The notes: generated from the letters alone by a model not told the origin. A DNA stretch of 64,000 nucleotides from Prevotella sp. (GCA_031285625.1 JAITVV010000095.1:96001-160000); one strand, 5' to 3'. Positions 21,164 through 32,240 are shown, counted from the stretch's first letter. Made by a program: numbers and translations.

Positions 21164-22435
21164 ATGATATCTAGATATTTAAATAATAAACTATTCCGAA
21201 ATGGAGTAATATTTTCATTCTTCTCATTCTTCAATAGTGGTGTGAGTTTTTTTCTTATTATAATTTTAGCCAAATATTTTTCCCCTGCAGAATATGGATA
21301 TTTAAATCTTTTCACTACAATCACGACTATCTTAAATCTTCTAATGACATTAAATACTTCTGGATATTTTTCCATCTCATTCTTTAAATTAGAGAAAGAA
21401 GATTTACAAAGAATTTTGAGTGGTGTAGTCCTAGTTATTTTTAGTGTTTCAACATTTCTCACCTTACTAATTTTTATTTTCTCTGATATATCTGTAAAAT
21501 ATATTGGACTGGAATCTAAATATCAGTTTCTAGCATTACTTGTTTGCTTCTTTCAAGCTTTTATAACACTAAGACTAGAAATCTGGAGACTGGAGGAGAA
21601 ACCGATAATATATGGAGTCTTCTCTTCGCTTTTTAGTCTCTTGAGCTTTGGTATTACACTTCTGTTTGTTATATATTTTAATTCTGGTTGGGTAGGACGG
21701 GTAGATTCTTTTGTTATTGTAACCACCTTTTTCTCTTTAATATCCATTATAATGTTAATTAGAGACAGGTATACAATAAAAATCAAACCTCGAAAAAAAA
21801 TCTTATATAACGCATTATCTTATGGTCTTCCCTTGATACCTCATTCTATCTCCACATGGGTACGCCAAGGGGGAGACAGATACCTGATTAATTATTTTCT
21901 AGGAATTAATCAATTAGGCTATTTTAGCTTTGCCTTCAATGTATACAATATAATTCTAATACTTGGATCCGCATTTAATGCTACATATTCTGTTAACTTA
22001 TTTAAGATCCTATCAGAAAATGAAAAAACAGGCGTAATAATACTTCGTAAACAAATAAAGATAATGTGCATGTTTTTTACGATTGCATCCCTTCTTATTT
22101 TCTTATTTGTATACTTTCTTATTCCTATCTTCTTTCCAAAATATGAACCATCGACTCAATACTTGTTCCCTCTAGTAATGGCCGGTCTTTTCCAATGCTT
22201 ATACTTATGCTTCGTAAATTTTTTATTCTTTTACAAAAAGACACGAATTCTTATGTATATAACTGTCTCTATTTCATTCCTTCATTTTATTTTATCCTTT
22301 GCATTAACAAGGTACGGAATGATATATACAGCTTATATCACAATGTTCACCAATTTTTTAATTTTCTTAATAGTTGCTATATACTCAAATAAATATATTA
22401 ACTTTAAAATTCTTTCCAGAAAAAATATTTCATAA
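21164..22435 (+). CDS. wzx: Wzx flippase
   Basis: About 12 TM segments, SPAEYG, YGLPLIPH, DRYLI, LGYFS. Confidence 0.87.
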   Translation: MISRYLNNKLFRNGVIFSFFSFFNSGVSFFLIIILAKYFSPAEYGYLNLFTTITTILNLLMTLNTSGYFSISFFKLEKEDLQRILSGVVLVIFSVSTFLTLLIFIFSDISVKYIGLESKYQFLALLVCFFQAFITLRLEIWRLEEKPIIYGVFSSLFSLLSFGITLLFVIYFNSGWVGRVDSFVIVTTFFSLISIIMLIRDRYTIKIKPRKKILYNALSYGLPLIPHSISTWVRQGGDRYLINYFLGINQLGYFSFAFNVYNIILILGSAFNATYSVNLFKILSENEKTGVIILRKQIKIMCMFFTIASLLIFLFVYFLIPIFFPKYEPSTQYLFPLVMAGLFQCLYLCFVNFLFFYKKTRILMYITVSISFLHFILSFALTRYGMIYTAYITMFTNFLIFLIVAIYSNKYINFKILSRKNIS

Positions 22436-22438
22436 TAT

Positions 22439-23236
22439 ATGAACTATTCTAAAATATCAATAATAACCGTAGTCTACAATATGGCAGATAAGATAGAAAG
22501 TACAATCTTATCAGTTCTAAATCAGACATATCCAAATATTGAATATATTATTATTGATGGGGGTAGTACAGACGGGACAGTCGACATTATTAAAAAATAT
22601 GAAAGTCAGTTAGCATATTGGATCAGCGAACCTGATAAAGGGATATATAACGCTATGAATAAAGGAGTTATAAAAGCAACTGGCGTTTATTGTAATTTTA
22701 TGAATGTAGGAGATAAATTCTATGATAACGAGGTACTCAACAATGTTTTTTCAGTAAACAGACGTGAAGATATTCTACATGGTATAACCGTTACTGATAA
22801 TGGAACTATAACCCTTCCAATATCACCTGAGAGATTATCTCTGTCATTTTTTTACAAGACAAGCTTGGGACATCAGGCAACATTTATAAACAGGGAATTA
22901 TTAAAAGAATATCCTTATGATGAAAGCTATAAAATAGTAGCAGACGCCAAGTTTTTCATTGTGACTTTAATTATAAATAATAAAACATATGCAACACTAC
23001 CATTCAAGATTTGTTTATATGATACAAAAGGGGTAAGTAGCAATTTAGAGAACACAGATATGGAATTGAAGCTGATTTTCAGAGATTTATTTCCACCCAG
23101 AATTGTAAAAGATTATGAACTAATGGAAAATTATCTCAACCCTTTGTTCCGTATATTATATCCCATAACTCAAAGTTTCCTATTTCAAAAATATCTCTTT
23201 CCTATATCAAAAAAAATAAAAAAGATAGTAGGTTAA
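22439..23236 (+). CDS. GT2 glycosyltransferase
   Basis: ISIITVVYN, IIDGGSTDGT, SEPDKGIYNAMNKG, HQA. Confidence 0.9.
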   Translation: MNYSKISIITVVYNMADKIESTILSVLNQTYPNIEYIIIDGGSTDGTVDIIKKYESQLAYWISEPDKGIYNAMNKGVIKATGVYCNFMNVGDKFYDNEVLNNVFSVNRREDILHGITVTDNGTITLPISPERLSLSFFYKTSLGHQATFINRELLKEYPYDESYKIVADAKFFIVTLIINNKTYATLPFKICLYDTKGVSSNLENTDMELKLIFRDLFPPRIVKDYELMENYLNPLFRILYPITQSFLFQKYLFPISKKIKKIVG

Positions 23237-23254
23237 TATAAATTCACATAGACA

Positions 23255-24445
23255 ATGAAGAAAATATTATTTATAAACACTCTATATCATCCTAATATAG
23301 GAGGAGGAGCCGAAATTGTCTTACAGGCTCAAGCTGAAGGCTTGAAGTCTAAAGGTTATGATATTGTAATATTAGCGACCAAAGAAAAAGGAGATATTAC
23401 TTTTGATTTTATAAATGAAATAAAAGTATATAGAGCTGGTATAAAAAACCTATATTGGCCTCATAAAAAAGAGAGTCACAATCCAATATCAAAACTTTTT
23501 TGGCATTTGAAAGATCGCTATAATCCTGAAATGATGGAATATTTGCGTTATGTAATAAATCTTGAAAAACCAGATCTGGTTATGTGCCACAATTTGACAG
23601 GATGGACGATTGCCACATGGGAAGAAGTCAAAAAATTTAACATTCCGGTATTCCAAATCCTGCATGACCAATATTTGCTATGTTTGAATTCCAGCATGTA
23701 CAAAAAAAGCAAGATATGCCAGAAACAATGTTTTCTATGTAATTTCATGCGTCAAAAATTTGCGTCAAAAACAACTAATGTTGATGTGGTTATAGGTGTT
23801 AGCCGGTATATACTTAATAAATTTGTAGATAATGGCTATTTCTCAATTTCTCGCCAAGAAGTAATACATAACAGACTATATATGAGTAACAAAAGACCAT
23901 TGCCTACATCTACAATATTACACACTCCATTACGAATTGGTTTTATTGGGACACTAAGTGTTGTCAAAGGAATAGATATATTAATAAAAGCATTCAAAAA
24001 AACTGATATTAATGCTACCCTTGTTATTGCAGGAAAAGGAGAGGTCAATTACGAAAACTATTTACGAGAACTAGCCTTAGGAGATAACCGAATTCAATTT
24101 ATTGGCTATGTTGACTCCAACTCGTTCTATTCTAGCATAGACCTATTAATAGTACCTTCTTTGTGGAACGATACTTTTCCAGGCGTCGCTATAGAAGCGT
24201 GTGCTAATAATCTTGCTGTCATAGCTAGTAAAAGAGGTGGACTACCGGAGATCATAAAAGATGAGATAAATGGAATTCTCATTGAACCAACTGAAGAATC
24301 TATTCATTATTCTATTTTGTTTTATTACGACAATCCATCTATATTAGAATTTCATAAGCAAAATAGTAGAAAATCTGTTGAAAATCTACTTAATTTCAAT
24401 GATATGATACAAGAGTATATAGATTTAATAGAATCTTATGTGTAG
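23255..24445 (+). CDS. GT4 glycosyltransferase
   Basis: GGAE, KG, VPSLWNDTFPGVAIEA, GGLPE. Confidence 0.87.
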   Translation: MKKILFINTLYHPNIGGGAEIVLQAQAEGLKSKGYDIVILATKEKGDITFDFINEIKVYRAGIKNLYWPHKKESHNPISKLFWHLKDRYNPEMMEYLRYVINLEKPDLVMCHNLTGWTIATWEEVKKFNIPVFQILHDQYLLCLNSSMYKKSKICQKQCFLCNFMRQKFASKTTNVDVVIGVSRYILNKFVDNGYFSISRQEVIHNRLYMSNKRPLPTSTILHTPLRIGFIGTLSVVKGIDILIKAFKKTDINATLVIAGKGEVNYENYLRELALGDNRIQFIGYVDSNSFYSSIDLLIVPSLWNDTFPGVAIEACANNLAVIASKRGGLPEIIKDEINGILIEPTEESIHYSILFYYDNPSILEFHKQNSRKSVENLLNFNDMIQEYIDLIESYV

Positions 24446-24477
24446 TTTCTAAATTAATTAAAATCATTAAATATTTT

Positions 24478-25671
24478 ATGAAAAAGATTTTACCTAATCT
24501 TTTTTTTATGTTTTTATCAGCTCCAATATTATCTCCATATATTGGAGGAATGACTATTTACCTATATGCAATTATAGCTATTCTTGACATTAATTTTTTA
24601 AACTGGGCGCTAAAAACGTTTAGTATCAAACTTATGCTATCTGTATCTACCTGGATATTAGGCATATCAATAATTGGATTACACTTTGTTTTATTTTTTA
24701 AAATAATGATGATTGTTGTAACAGTTGCCTATCTCTTCTACTGCTATCAACAAGGGTATATGCATATATTCTATCGTTATGTCATTTTTAGTATTCTGTT
24801 TGCTTTCGTACAATTTATATTACTATTCTATAATCCAGTATTCGCGTTATTGTTAGGGCCAACAAGCATTTCTAAATTTATATTAGGAGATTATGCTACC
24901 GCAACATACACTAATTTTCATTCAATAGGTTTTCTGCCTAGAGTCTCTGGACTTTGTAGAGAAGGAGGTTTCTTTAGCTCATTCTTAACAGTAGGACTAT
25001 TTATCGTATATCTGGACAAAACCCTTTCTAAAAAAAGAAAAAAAATATTATATTCTCTCTTTATTGCGGGTATTGTTATTTCATTATCCAAAACAGCCAT
25101 AATCCTTGTTTTCATACCCCTTGCCTTATTGATCAAAAAGTATTTGAATCGGGCTAATCTTATACTTACCGGGATTAGTGTTTCAGTTATCATATCTTTT
25201 ATTGCTCTTCTTATAAGATACAATACAGATTTATTTTTCTATTTAGAGAATGAAACTTATATACATCGATTAGCCGGCTATGCTTTTATAGACGAAATAA
25301 ATTTGAAAGGTATTTTATTTGGAACAACAGTGAAAGACCTCTTTGCATCAACAGGTAATTTTATTATTACAAGTATAGGCAATACTTTGGCAGACAAATC
25401 TCTCAATGAATTTTGTAGTTTCCCTGGTATCTACCTTAATTTTGGTTTTCCTACATTCTTAGTCTTTCTTCTATTTCTTAAAAAAATTTGTTTCACAACA
25501 ACCAACCTTATACTTATTTTCTTATTCACGGCAAGTGTGACTCCATTTACGTGTGACAATTTTGTCGTAATGGCTTGGTTCTTATGTTTTTTGTTATTAT
25601 ATAACGAAAAACAGAAAAAAGTAACGGAAGTAAAAAATCTAAATAGCCCCAAGAATCATGATATATACTAA
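24478..25671 (+). CDS. wzy: Putative Wzy polymerase
   Basis: About 10 TM segments, RVSGLCREGG, SLSKT; located among the GT genes. Confidence 0.65.
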   Translation: MKKILPNLFFMFLSAPILSPYIGGMTIYLYAIIAILDINFLNWALKTFSIKLMLSVSTWILGISIIGLHFVLFFKIMMIVVTVAYLFYCYQQGYMHIFYRYVIFSILFAFVQFILLFYNPVFALLLGPTSISKFILGDYATATYTNFHSIGFLPRVSGLCREGGFFSSFLTVGLFIVYLDKTLSKKRKKILYSLFIAGIVISLSKTAIILVFIPLALLIKKYLNRANLILTGISVSVIISFIALLIRYNTDLFFYLENETYIHRLAGYAFIDEINLKGILFGTTVKDLFASTGNFIITSIGNTLADKSLNEFCSFPGIYLNFGFPTFLVFLLFLKKICFTTTNLILIFLFTASVTPFTCDNFVVMAWFLCFLLLYNEKQKKVTEVKNLNSPKNHDIY

Positions 25672-26719
25672 TGCTCGCTTTCTAACCCAGCCTATAACAG
25701 GAGTACAGCGTTTTGCCATAGAAATATCAAAACAGTTAAAGATATTAATGGGAGACGAAATAAAGTTTATATCCCCTTCAAACATTCTCCATACAGAAAT
25801 AGCTGATTACCTGAATGTCGAAGTTGTAGGAAAAAGAAAAGGACATCTCTGGGAGCAAATGGATTTACCATTATATTTAAAAAAAAGAAATAACCCTTTT
25901 TTACTGAACTTATGTAGTACAGCCCCGGCGACTTATTCAAATCAATTTGTGACACATCATGATATAACCTATGTAAGGTATCCAGAAAGTTTCTCTTTAA
26001 GTTTCAGAATATGGTATAAACTACTAATACCTCAAATACTAAAACATTCTAAGGGGTTAATAACTGTAAGTAACTTTTCTAAAAGAGAAATATCAGAATA
26101 CTATAAATATTCATTAGATAAAATACACGTTATTTCAAATGCTGTTAATAAAGAGTTTGCTAATATAAAATCCAATCTTATTGAAATAGACAATAACTCT
26201 TCTAATAAGTATTTACTAGCAGTATCATCAAATAATTATCACAAAAATTTTAAAAGACTGATTGAAGCTTTTTCTCTATTACCAAAAGAAATTGATATAA
26301 AGTTATTAATAGTAGGCAACTATAATAGCAATAGCTTTAGCCATATCAAACTAAGCAATTTAGATGACAGAATAAGATTCTTAGGACGAGTCTCTGATAG
26401 CGAACTGATCAAATTATACCAATCAGCAGAAGCTTTCGTCTTTCCATCATTATATGAAGGCTTTGGAATTCCGCCATTAGAAGCCCAAGCATGTGGATGC
26501 CCCGTTCTTGCAGCCAAGACAGCAAGTATTCCAGAAGTATTGGGCAACAGTTCACTCTTCTTTGATCCAACTGATATACAATCAATCAATCTTGCCATAA
26601 TTAAAATCCTTAGAACACCTGGTCTCAAAAGGGAATTAAAAGAAAAGGGAATGGAAAACCTGAAAAAATATTCGTGGAAATCTTCTGCTGAAAAGATTAT
26701 AAAGATTATAGGAATCTAA
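25658..26719 (+). CDS. GT4 glycosyltransferase (mannosyltransferase-like)
   Basis: TGVQRFA, HLWEQ, HD, KN, FPSLYEGFGIPPLEA. Confidence 0.9.
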   Translation: MIYTNARFLTQPITGVQRFAIEISKQLKILMGDEIKFISPSNILHTEIADYLNVEVVGKRKGHLWEQMDLPLYLKKRNNPFLLNLCSTAPATYSNQFVTHHDITYVRYPESFSLSFRIWYKLLIPQILKHSKGLITVSNFSKREISEYYKYSLDKIHVISNAVNKEFANIKSNLIEIDNNSSNKYLLAVSSNNYHKNFKRLIEAFSLLPKEIDIKLLIVGNYNSNSFSHIKLSNLDDRIRFLGRVSDSELIKLYQSAEAFVFPSLYEGFGIPPLEAQACGCPVLAAKTASIPEVLGNSSLFFDPTDIQSINLAIIKILRTPGLKRELKEKGMENLKKYSWKSSAEKIIKIIGI

Positions 26720-26731
26720 AAAGTTATTGTT

Positions 26732-27850
26732 ATGAAGAATAAAATAAAGTTGTTATATATAACGCAATCTTTCGGTGGAGTAGAAATTTACATTCGTCAA
26801 ATTATAGAATATATTGATTATACGAAATTTGAACTAACAATTATTGCCCCCCCTAATAGAACCTTTTCTGAATACTGTAAAGAAAAAGGTATAGAGTATT
26901 TAGCCATACATATGGTTAGAGGCCTAAACGTATGGTTAGATATAAAATCTTTTTTTCAAATAAGAAGGATTATAAAACGCTTAGGACCGGATATAATCCA
27001 TCTACACAGTTCCAAAGCCGGAGTTATTGGAAGAATTGCATCTAAACAATTGAAAAAGAAAAGTATTTTCACACCACATGGAATCTCCTATATGTCTTTC
27101 AGTGGATTAAAAAGAGCTATTTTTCTAATGGTTGAAGCCTTCACTAAGAAATATACCTACAAAGTGCTTGGTTGTTCTTACTCAGAGGCAATAAAAATGA
27201 GATTTGAAGTTGGCATTCCTAGTTTTAAAATCGATGCTATACCAAATGCTATATTGATAAATAGTGCAATAGATAAAACATTCAATAAACACGCAGATAT
27301 AATAAGGATTGGCTCTATAGCACGCCTTACTTATCAAAAAAACCCCCTATTACTTGTTCAGATAGCAGAACGTATAATAAAGCTATATCCAAATGTCCGC
27401 TTCTCGATATTGGGTTCTGGGCTTGAAGATCATTTAAAAAATGAAACTTTTGATCTTATCGAACAATATGGACTATCTAGTAAATTTGAGATTTTACCAT
27501 GGGGCGATAGGGAGACTTCTTTACAATATTTGAAATCTCTCAATATCTTTATTCTAACCTCAATCTTCGAAGGACTTCCATTATCTCTTCTGGAGGCAAT
27601 GTCTTTAGGTACTCCATGTATAACAAGTAAAAGTGATGGTTGCAATGATGTTATACAAAATAATGAAAATGGATTCTCCTGCATAATTATAGAAGAATAT
27701 GTGAATGCTATATCAAGACTTATTGAGGACGAAATCCTACAAAAAAGGATAGGAGAAAACGCTCATAACTTTGTAAAAGAACACCATAATATAGAATCTT
27801 ATATAAGAAAAATAGAATCATATTATGAGAGGATTTATTCAGACTCATAA
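26732..27850 (+). CDS. GT4 glycosyltransferase
   Basis: GGVE, HLHSSKAG, TPHG, ARLTYQKNP, EGLPLSLLEA. Confidence 0.9.
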   Translation: MKNKIKLLYITQSFGGVEIYIRQIIEYIDYTKFELTIIAPPNRTFSEYCKEKGIEYLAIHMVRGLNVWLDIKSFFQIRRIIKRLGPDIIHLHSSKAGVIGRIASKQLKKKSIFTPHGISYMSFSGLKRAIFLMVEAFTKKYTYKVLGCSYSEAIKMRFEVGIPSFKIDAIPNAILINSAIDKTFNKHADIIRIGSIARLTYQKNPLLLVQIAERIIKLYPNVRFSILGSGLEDHLKNETFDLIEQYGLSSKFEILPWGDRETSLQYLKSLNIFILTSIFEGLPLSLLEAMSLGTPCITSKSDGCNDVIQNNENGFSCIIIEEYVNAISRLIEDEILQKRIGENAHNFVKEHHNIESYIRKIESYYERIYSDS

Positions 27851-27947
27851 TAACTAAAATATAAAAATTAATATTCAACACATTATTGTATTTATAACAA
27901 ATCCATACCTCATTTAATATACAAACATCTATAATTTAATTCTAACA

Positions 27948-28937
27948 ATGGAAAAACAAAGAGATCTTTCTCTCGATTTTACAAGGGGCATAGGCATCCT
28001 ATTCGTTATTCTTTCACATAATTTACCCAATTATTATATTCTTAGTGCCTTTTGGAATAGACAAGCTGTACCTTTACTAGCGATAATTACGGCAGGATTT
28101 ACTTATGCAGCATTTCAAAGAGGAAGAACTTTAGAGCAATATTATTCAAAAAAAACCATTATAAAAAAATTTAAAAAAATATTTGCTCCATTTCTAATAG
28201 TGATTTTAATACAATGCACTATTACCTATTTTCTAGATCCCGGTTTTGATATAAAAGATGTTATCCGTTTAGGAGGGATGGGACCTGGTTCTTATTTTCC
28301 ATGGTGCTATTTGCAGTATTGGCTATATCTACCACTTATTATTTGGCTAGTAGACACTTTATCTATAAAAAAATCATTTATAATAATATTGTCTATCTGT
28401 ATTTGTTATGAAATTCTATGTTGTATAATTAATATAGACCCTTTAATTTATAGGTTATTATCATTCCGCTATTTAGTAATACTTTACTTAGGATGCATAG
28501 TTAGAAAACTCAATTTAAAAATAAATCCCATCATAATGATATTGGCACTTGCTGGATTTATTTATTTATTTTTAGTTTCTTATGCAAACTTGAACACAGA
28601 GCCATTTTTATTAAATGTATGGGAAACACATCATTGGCCTAGTGCCTTCTATGCTCTATTCTTATTTCTCTTCATTTCTACAATTCTTTATAAAAAAGTA
28701 AATCACCTCAAAATATCTGATTTTATAACTAAAATAGGTAGTTATTCATACGAAATATTTATCTGTCAAATGTTTATATTCACTTTTCTCGGGTGGGACA
28801 GGTTAAATAAGGGATTGGCATTCATAGATAATCTTTATGTAAGATACACAATATTTGTTATTGTAACAACATGTTTTAGCATAGCTCCTATATATATATA
28901 TAAAACTCGTATTAAAAATATTATTTTTAGAAAATAA
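27948..28937 (+). CDS. Acyltransferase_3 family membrane O-acyltransferase
   Basis: RDLSLDFTRGIGILFVILSH, AVP, about 10 TMs, IGSYSYEIF. Confidence 0.8.
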   Translation: MEKQRDLSLDFTRGIGILFVILSHNLPNYYILSAFWNRQAVPLLAIITAGFTYAAFQRGRTLEQYYSKKTIIKKFKKIFAPFLIVILIQCTITYFLDPGFDIKDVIRLGGMGPGSYFPWCYLQYWLYLPLIIWLVDTLSIKKSFIIILSICICYEILCCIINIDPLIYRLLSFRYLVILYLGCIVRKLNLKINPIIMILALAGFIYLFLVSYANLNTEPFLLNVWETHHWPSAFYALFLFLFISTILYKKVNHLKISDFITKIGSYSYEIFICQMFIFTFLGWDRLNKGLAFIDNLYVRYTIFVIVTTCFSIAPIYIYKTRIKNIIFRK

Positions 28938-28977
28938 ATAGAATATATTTGTTTCCAATTTTTAAAACAAGCTATCT

Positions 28978-29889
28978 ATGGATAAGATATTTATTTTATT
29001 ACTAATTATTTTAATATGCACATCTTGCTCAAATGATGAGATCGACCATATAGAGTTAACAGCTCCAATAAACGTTACACTGCCTAAGAATCCTAAAACA
29101 CTTAATATTCTGGCTATAGGAAATAGTTTTACTGAAGATGCAACAACTCTTTTACCCTCTATCTTAGAAGATTTAGATATAAAGAATGTAACACTAGGAA
29201 GACTCACATATAATAGTGGATCCCTTGAAAACCATTACATGTTCTATAATAACAAATCCAATGTATATCAATTTTCAATAACAGAAAACAATATTTGGAA
29301 TGATATATCAAATACCTATTCAATTAATGAAGCAATAAAATATACAGATTGGGATATCATTGTTATTCAACAAGCGTCATATAAAGCCGGAATATATAAT
29401 AGTTTCCAACCATATCTTAATGGACTACTAAATAATATATACAGAGACTGCCACAATAAAAATGTAGTTTTCGGATGGCACTTAACATGGTCATATTCAG
29501 CTGATTGCAACCGACCCCAATTTTCAGATTACAACTACAGCCAAGAGAGGATGTATAATGCTATTATTGAAACAACTACATCCATGATAAAAGATACTGG
29601 TATTGCATTAATAATCCCATCGGGAATTACAATTCAAAATTTGCGGAACACCTCTTTAAACAATCCGCCTAAAGACATAACAAGAGATGGATTCCACATT
29701 GATTTAGGTATCGGTCGCTATGCCCTTGCATATACTTGGTTTCAATCTATAATAACTCCATGTTTTAATAGACAGATACAAGAAAGTTCATATATTCCAC
29801 CTTTTACAGAGGGTATTAAAGTTAATAAAGATAACCTTCAAATCGTATTGGATGTTGTACAAAAATCTTGTAAAGATCCACTTAAATAA
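28978..29889 (+). CDS. SGNH-hydrolase-like lipoprotein (DUF4886-like)
   Basis: Lipobox CTSC; LAIGNSF (block I), QQAS, RDGFH (block V DxxH). Confidence 0.75.
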   Translation: MDKIFILLLIILICTSCSNDEIDHIELTAPINVTLPKNPKTLNILAIGNSFTEDATTLLPSILEDLDIKNVTLGRLTYNSGSLENHYMFYNNKSNVYQFSITENNIWNDISNTYSINEAIKYTDWDIIVIQQASYKAGIYNSFQPYLNGLLNNIYRDCHNKNVVFGWHLTWSYSADCNRPQFSDYNYSQERMYNAIIETTTSMIKDTGIALIIPSGITIQNLRNTSLNNPPKDITRDGFHIDLGIGRYALAYTWFQSIITPCFNRQIQESSYIPPFTEGIKVNKDNLQIVLDVVQKSCKDPLK

Positions 29890-29894
29890 ACCTT

Positions 29895-30371
29895 ATGTCC
29901 CACCCCCTTCACATATCCGCTACCTCCAAAGAAGAAAAATATCTTTTCCTCCTACCCCAGCTAAAAGGCTTACTAGAAGGAGAAACTGATACTATTGCCA
30001 ATATGGCAAATATATCGGCTGCCCTAAAGATAACTTTCGGTTTCTTTTGGGTAGGATTCTATATAGTAAAACGGGAAGAACTTGTCCTTGGCCCTTTTCA
30101 GGGAACCATAGCCTGTACACGCATCAAATACGGAAAAGGCGTTTGTGGTACTGCCTGGAAAGAAAAACGAACAGTTATTGTAGAAGACGTGAATCAGTTT
30201 CCCGGACACATAGCATGCGATGCAGCATCACAGTCTGAGATTGTAATTCCCATGTTCAGCCACGATGAGGTAATTGCTGTTTTAGATATAGATAGTGACC
30301 ATCTCAATCACTTTGATGAAACAGATGCCCGCTACCTCCAGCAAATTGTGAAGCTATTAGAACGGGAATAA
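29895..30371 (+). CDS. msrC: GAF-domain free methionine-R-sulfoxide reductase
   Basis: WVGFY, LGPFQG, AC, GVCG, FPGHIACD, SEIV, LDIDS. Confidence 0.88.
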   Translation: MSHPLHISATSKEEKYLFLLPQLKGLLEGETDTIANMANISAALKITFGFFWVGFYIVKREELVLGPFQGTIACTRIKYGKGVCGTAWKEKRTVIVEDVNQFPGHIACDAASQSEIVIPMFSHDEVIAVLDIDSDHLNHFDETDARYLQQIVKLLERE

Positions 30372-32240
30372 CAGAGGCAGTGCTAATATCATTATTACTC
30401 CCATTATTAATTGTAAAGGTAAACCCACCTTTATATAATCCATAAATGTATAGCGTCCGGCAGTCATTACCAAAGCATTTGGTGGTGTAGAAAACGGCGA
30501 GGCAAAACACATACTTGCAGCAACAGCTACGGCAAACAAGAACGGATAAGGACTTACTCCCATTCCTATGGCAGCTTTTAAAGCAATAGGTGCAAATAAG
30601 ACAGCTGTAGCCGTATTACTGATAAACATGGTAAGTAAAGAAGTACAGAAATAGATGCCCGCTAACAATACATAAGGGGCCATATCACCAAACCTGTCTC
30701 CTCCAAGATTATCCACCAATCCCCCTGAGATCAATGTATCTACTCCTGTATTCTGGAATGCTGTAGCCATCGGTAGCATAGCCCCAATAAGCACAACACT
30801 CTCCCAGTTGATACTCGTATAAGCTTCTTCCACATTACGCAGACATCCGGTTATAACCATCAACACAGCGGCCACCATAATAGCAATAACAGAAGGCACA
30901 ATTTCAAAAACCATTGCAACTACCATCAATATCATAATTCCGGCGGCAATAGGCGCCTTCTGATCCAGTGTTACTTTTGCAGCCTCTTTCAAGGGCTGGC
31001 CAACAAGTACCAGATCATCCTGACGGTTATCCAGATTAGCCAGGTCTTTCCACGTACCCTGTATCAATAAGGCATCTCCGGAATGTAGCTTTGCATCCTT
31101 AATATCATGCATCCTATATTCATTCTGACGCTGAATACCTAACACATTTACATTAAATTCTTCTCTGAACCCAATATCTGAAATAGTACGGTTTATCAAT
31201 CTGGAATTAGGCATGATAAAAACTTCTGCAATACCCGACTCCTGAAAACCGGCAAATGGAGTCTCTCCATTATTTTCCTTTTCAAAATACAGGTTACTCT
31301 CAGATACAAATCTCTCAATATTCTCTATACTGCCATGACAATATAAAATATCCTCTTTCTGTATTATTGACTTTGGACCTGCAACTTCTTCTGTTATATT
31401 TTTTCTGAATCTGGAATTACCTGTCTTACGAATGATCTTACTGATACTCACATCATAGAGAGAAGCAATTTTAAGTTCGGCCAGAGTTTTATTCAATAAA
31501 GGAGAGTCATATCTAACTTCTACCCGGAATGACTGATGTTGCAGTTGATACTCCTGAGCAAGCTCTACCAAGGATTTACCTTTCTGCTTGTTGCTTGCAG
31601 AAGAATCATTTTTTGAAATAAGGAGTTTACTTAAAAAGAAAAGAACAACAATACCAACACTCAGTGCAATAAAACCAATAGGAGCAAAAGAAAAGAAAGA
31701 CAATGCTTCATATCCGGCCTCCACCAGTGTATTCTGAATAACAAGATTGGGAGGCGTACTGATCAAAGTAAACATTCCCATACTACTTGCAAATGCCAAC
31801 GGCATAAGATAACGGCGCGAGCTTATATTCGCACTGGCAGCCATACTCACAATAATAGGCATCATCACTGCTACCGTACCAGTATTGCTCACAAATGCAC
31901 CAATAGAGGCTGTAACAAGCATTACCAGTATAAATAATTTATTCTCATTGCTACCTGCCGTTTGCAGGATTTTACTACTTATCATTTTGGCCAGTCCCGT
32001 ACGGAAAATACCGGCTCCCACAACAAATAGGCCAATCATCATAATCACTACCGAATTGGAGAATCCGGCTAAAGCTTCGGAAGGAGTTAATATTCCACAA
32101 AGCGCCAAGGCTAATAATGCACATATAGCAACCAAGTCGGACCGGACCTTGCCCCTCATAAAGAAAAAAGAAGCAATCAGTAAAATCGCTAATGTGATAT
32201 TTATAGGTGATAATAGTGATGATAGTGATGATAGATACAT
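30357..32240 (-). CDS. SLC13/DASS permease with TrkA-C domains
   Basis: RSDLVA, GFSN, FVSNT, STPPN, two RCK-C domains, ISNTATA, Y-F-DY. Confidence 0.9.
   Translation of the reverse strand: MYLSSLSSLLSPINITLAILLIASFFFMRGKVRSDLVAICALLALALCGILTPSEALAGFSNSVVIMMIGLFVVGAGIFRTGLAKMISSKILQTAGSNENKLFILVMLVTASIGAFVSNTGTVAVMMPIIVSMAASANISSRRYLMPLAFASSMGMFTLISTPPNLVIQNTLVEAGYEALSFFSFAPIGFIALSVGIVVLFFLSKLLISKNDSSASNKQKGKSLVELAQEYQLQHQSFRVEVRYDSPLLNKTLAELKIASLYDVSISKIIRKTGNSRFRKNITEEVAGPKSIIQKEDILYCHGSIENIERFVSESNLYFEKENNGETPFAGFQESGIAEVFIMPNSRLINRTISDIGFREEFNVNVLGIQRQNEYRMHDIKDAKLHSGDALLIQGTWKDLANLDNRQDDLVLVGQPLKEAAKVTLDQKAPIAAGIMILMVVAMVFEIVPSVIAIMVAAVLMVITGCLRNVEEAYTSINWESVVLIGAMLPMATAFQNTGVDTLISGGLVDNLGGDRFGDMAPYVLLAGIYFCTSLLTMFISNTATAVLFAPIALKAAIGMGVSPYPFLFAVAVAASMCFASPFSTPPNALVMTAGRYTFMDYIKVGLPLQLIMGVIMILALPLLFPF

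Noticed and set aside
19843-28937. Poly-A/T tracts as phase-variation sites in the glycan genes
   Set aside because: Runs of 7-8 nt are expected at this AT content, and all ORFs are intact.
30357-30371. 15-bp convergent overlap of the msrC and SLC13 gene ends
   Set aside because: Short 3' overlaps are common and need no special explanation.
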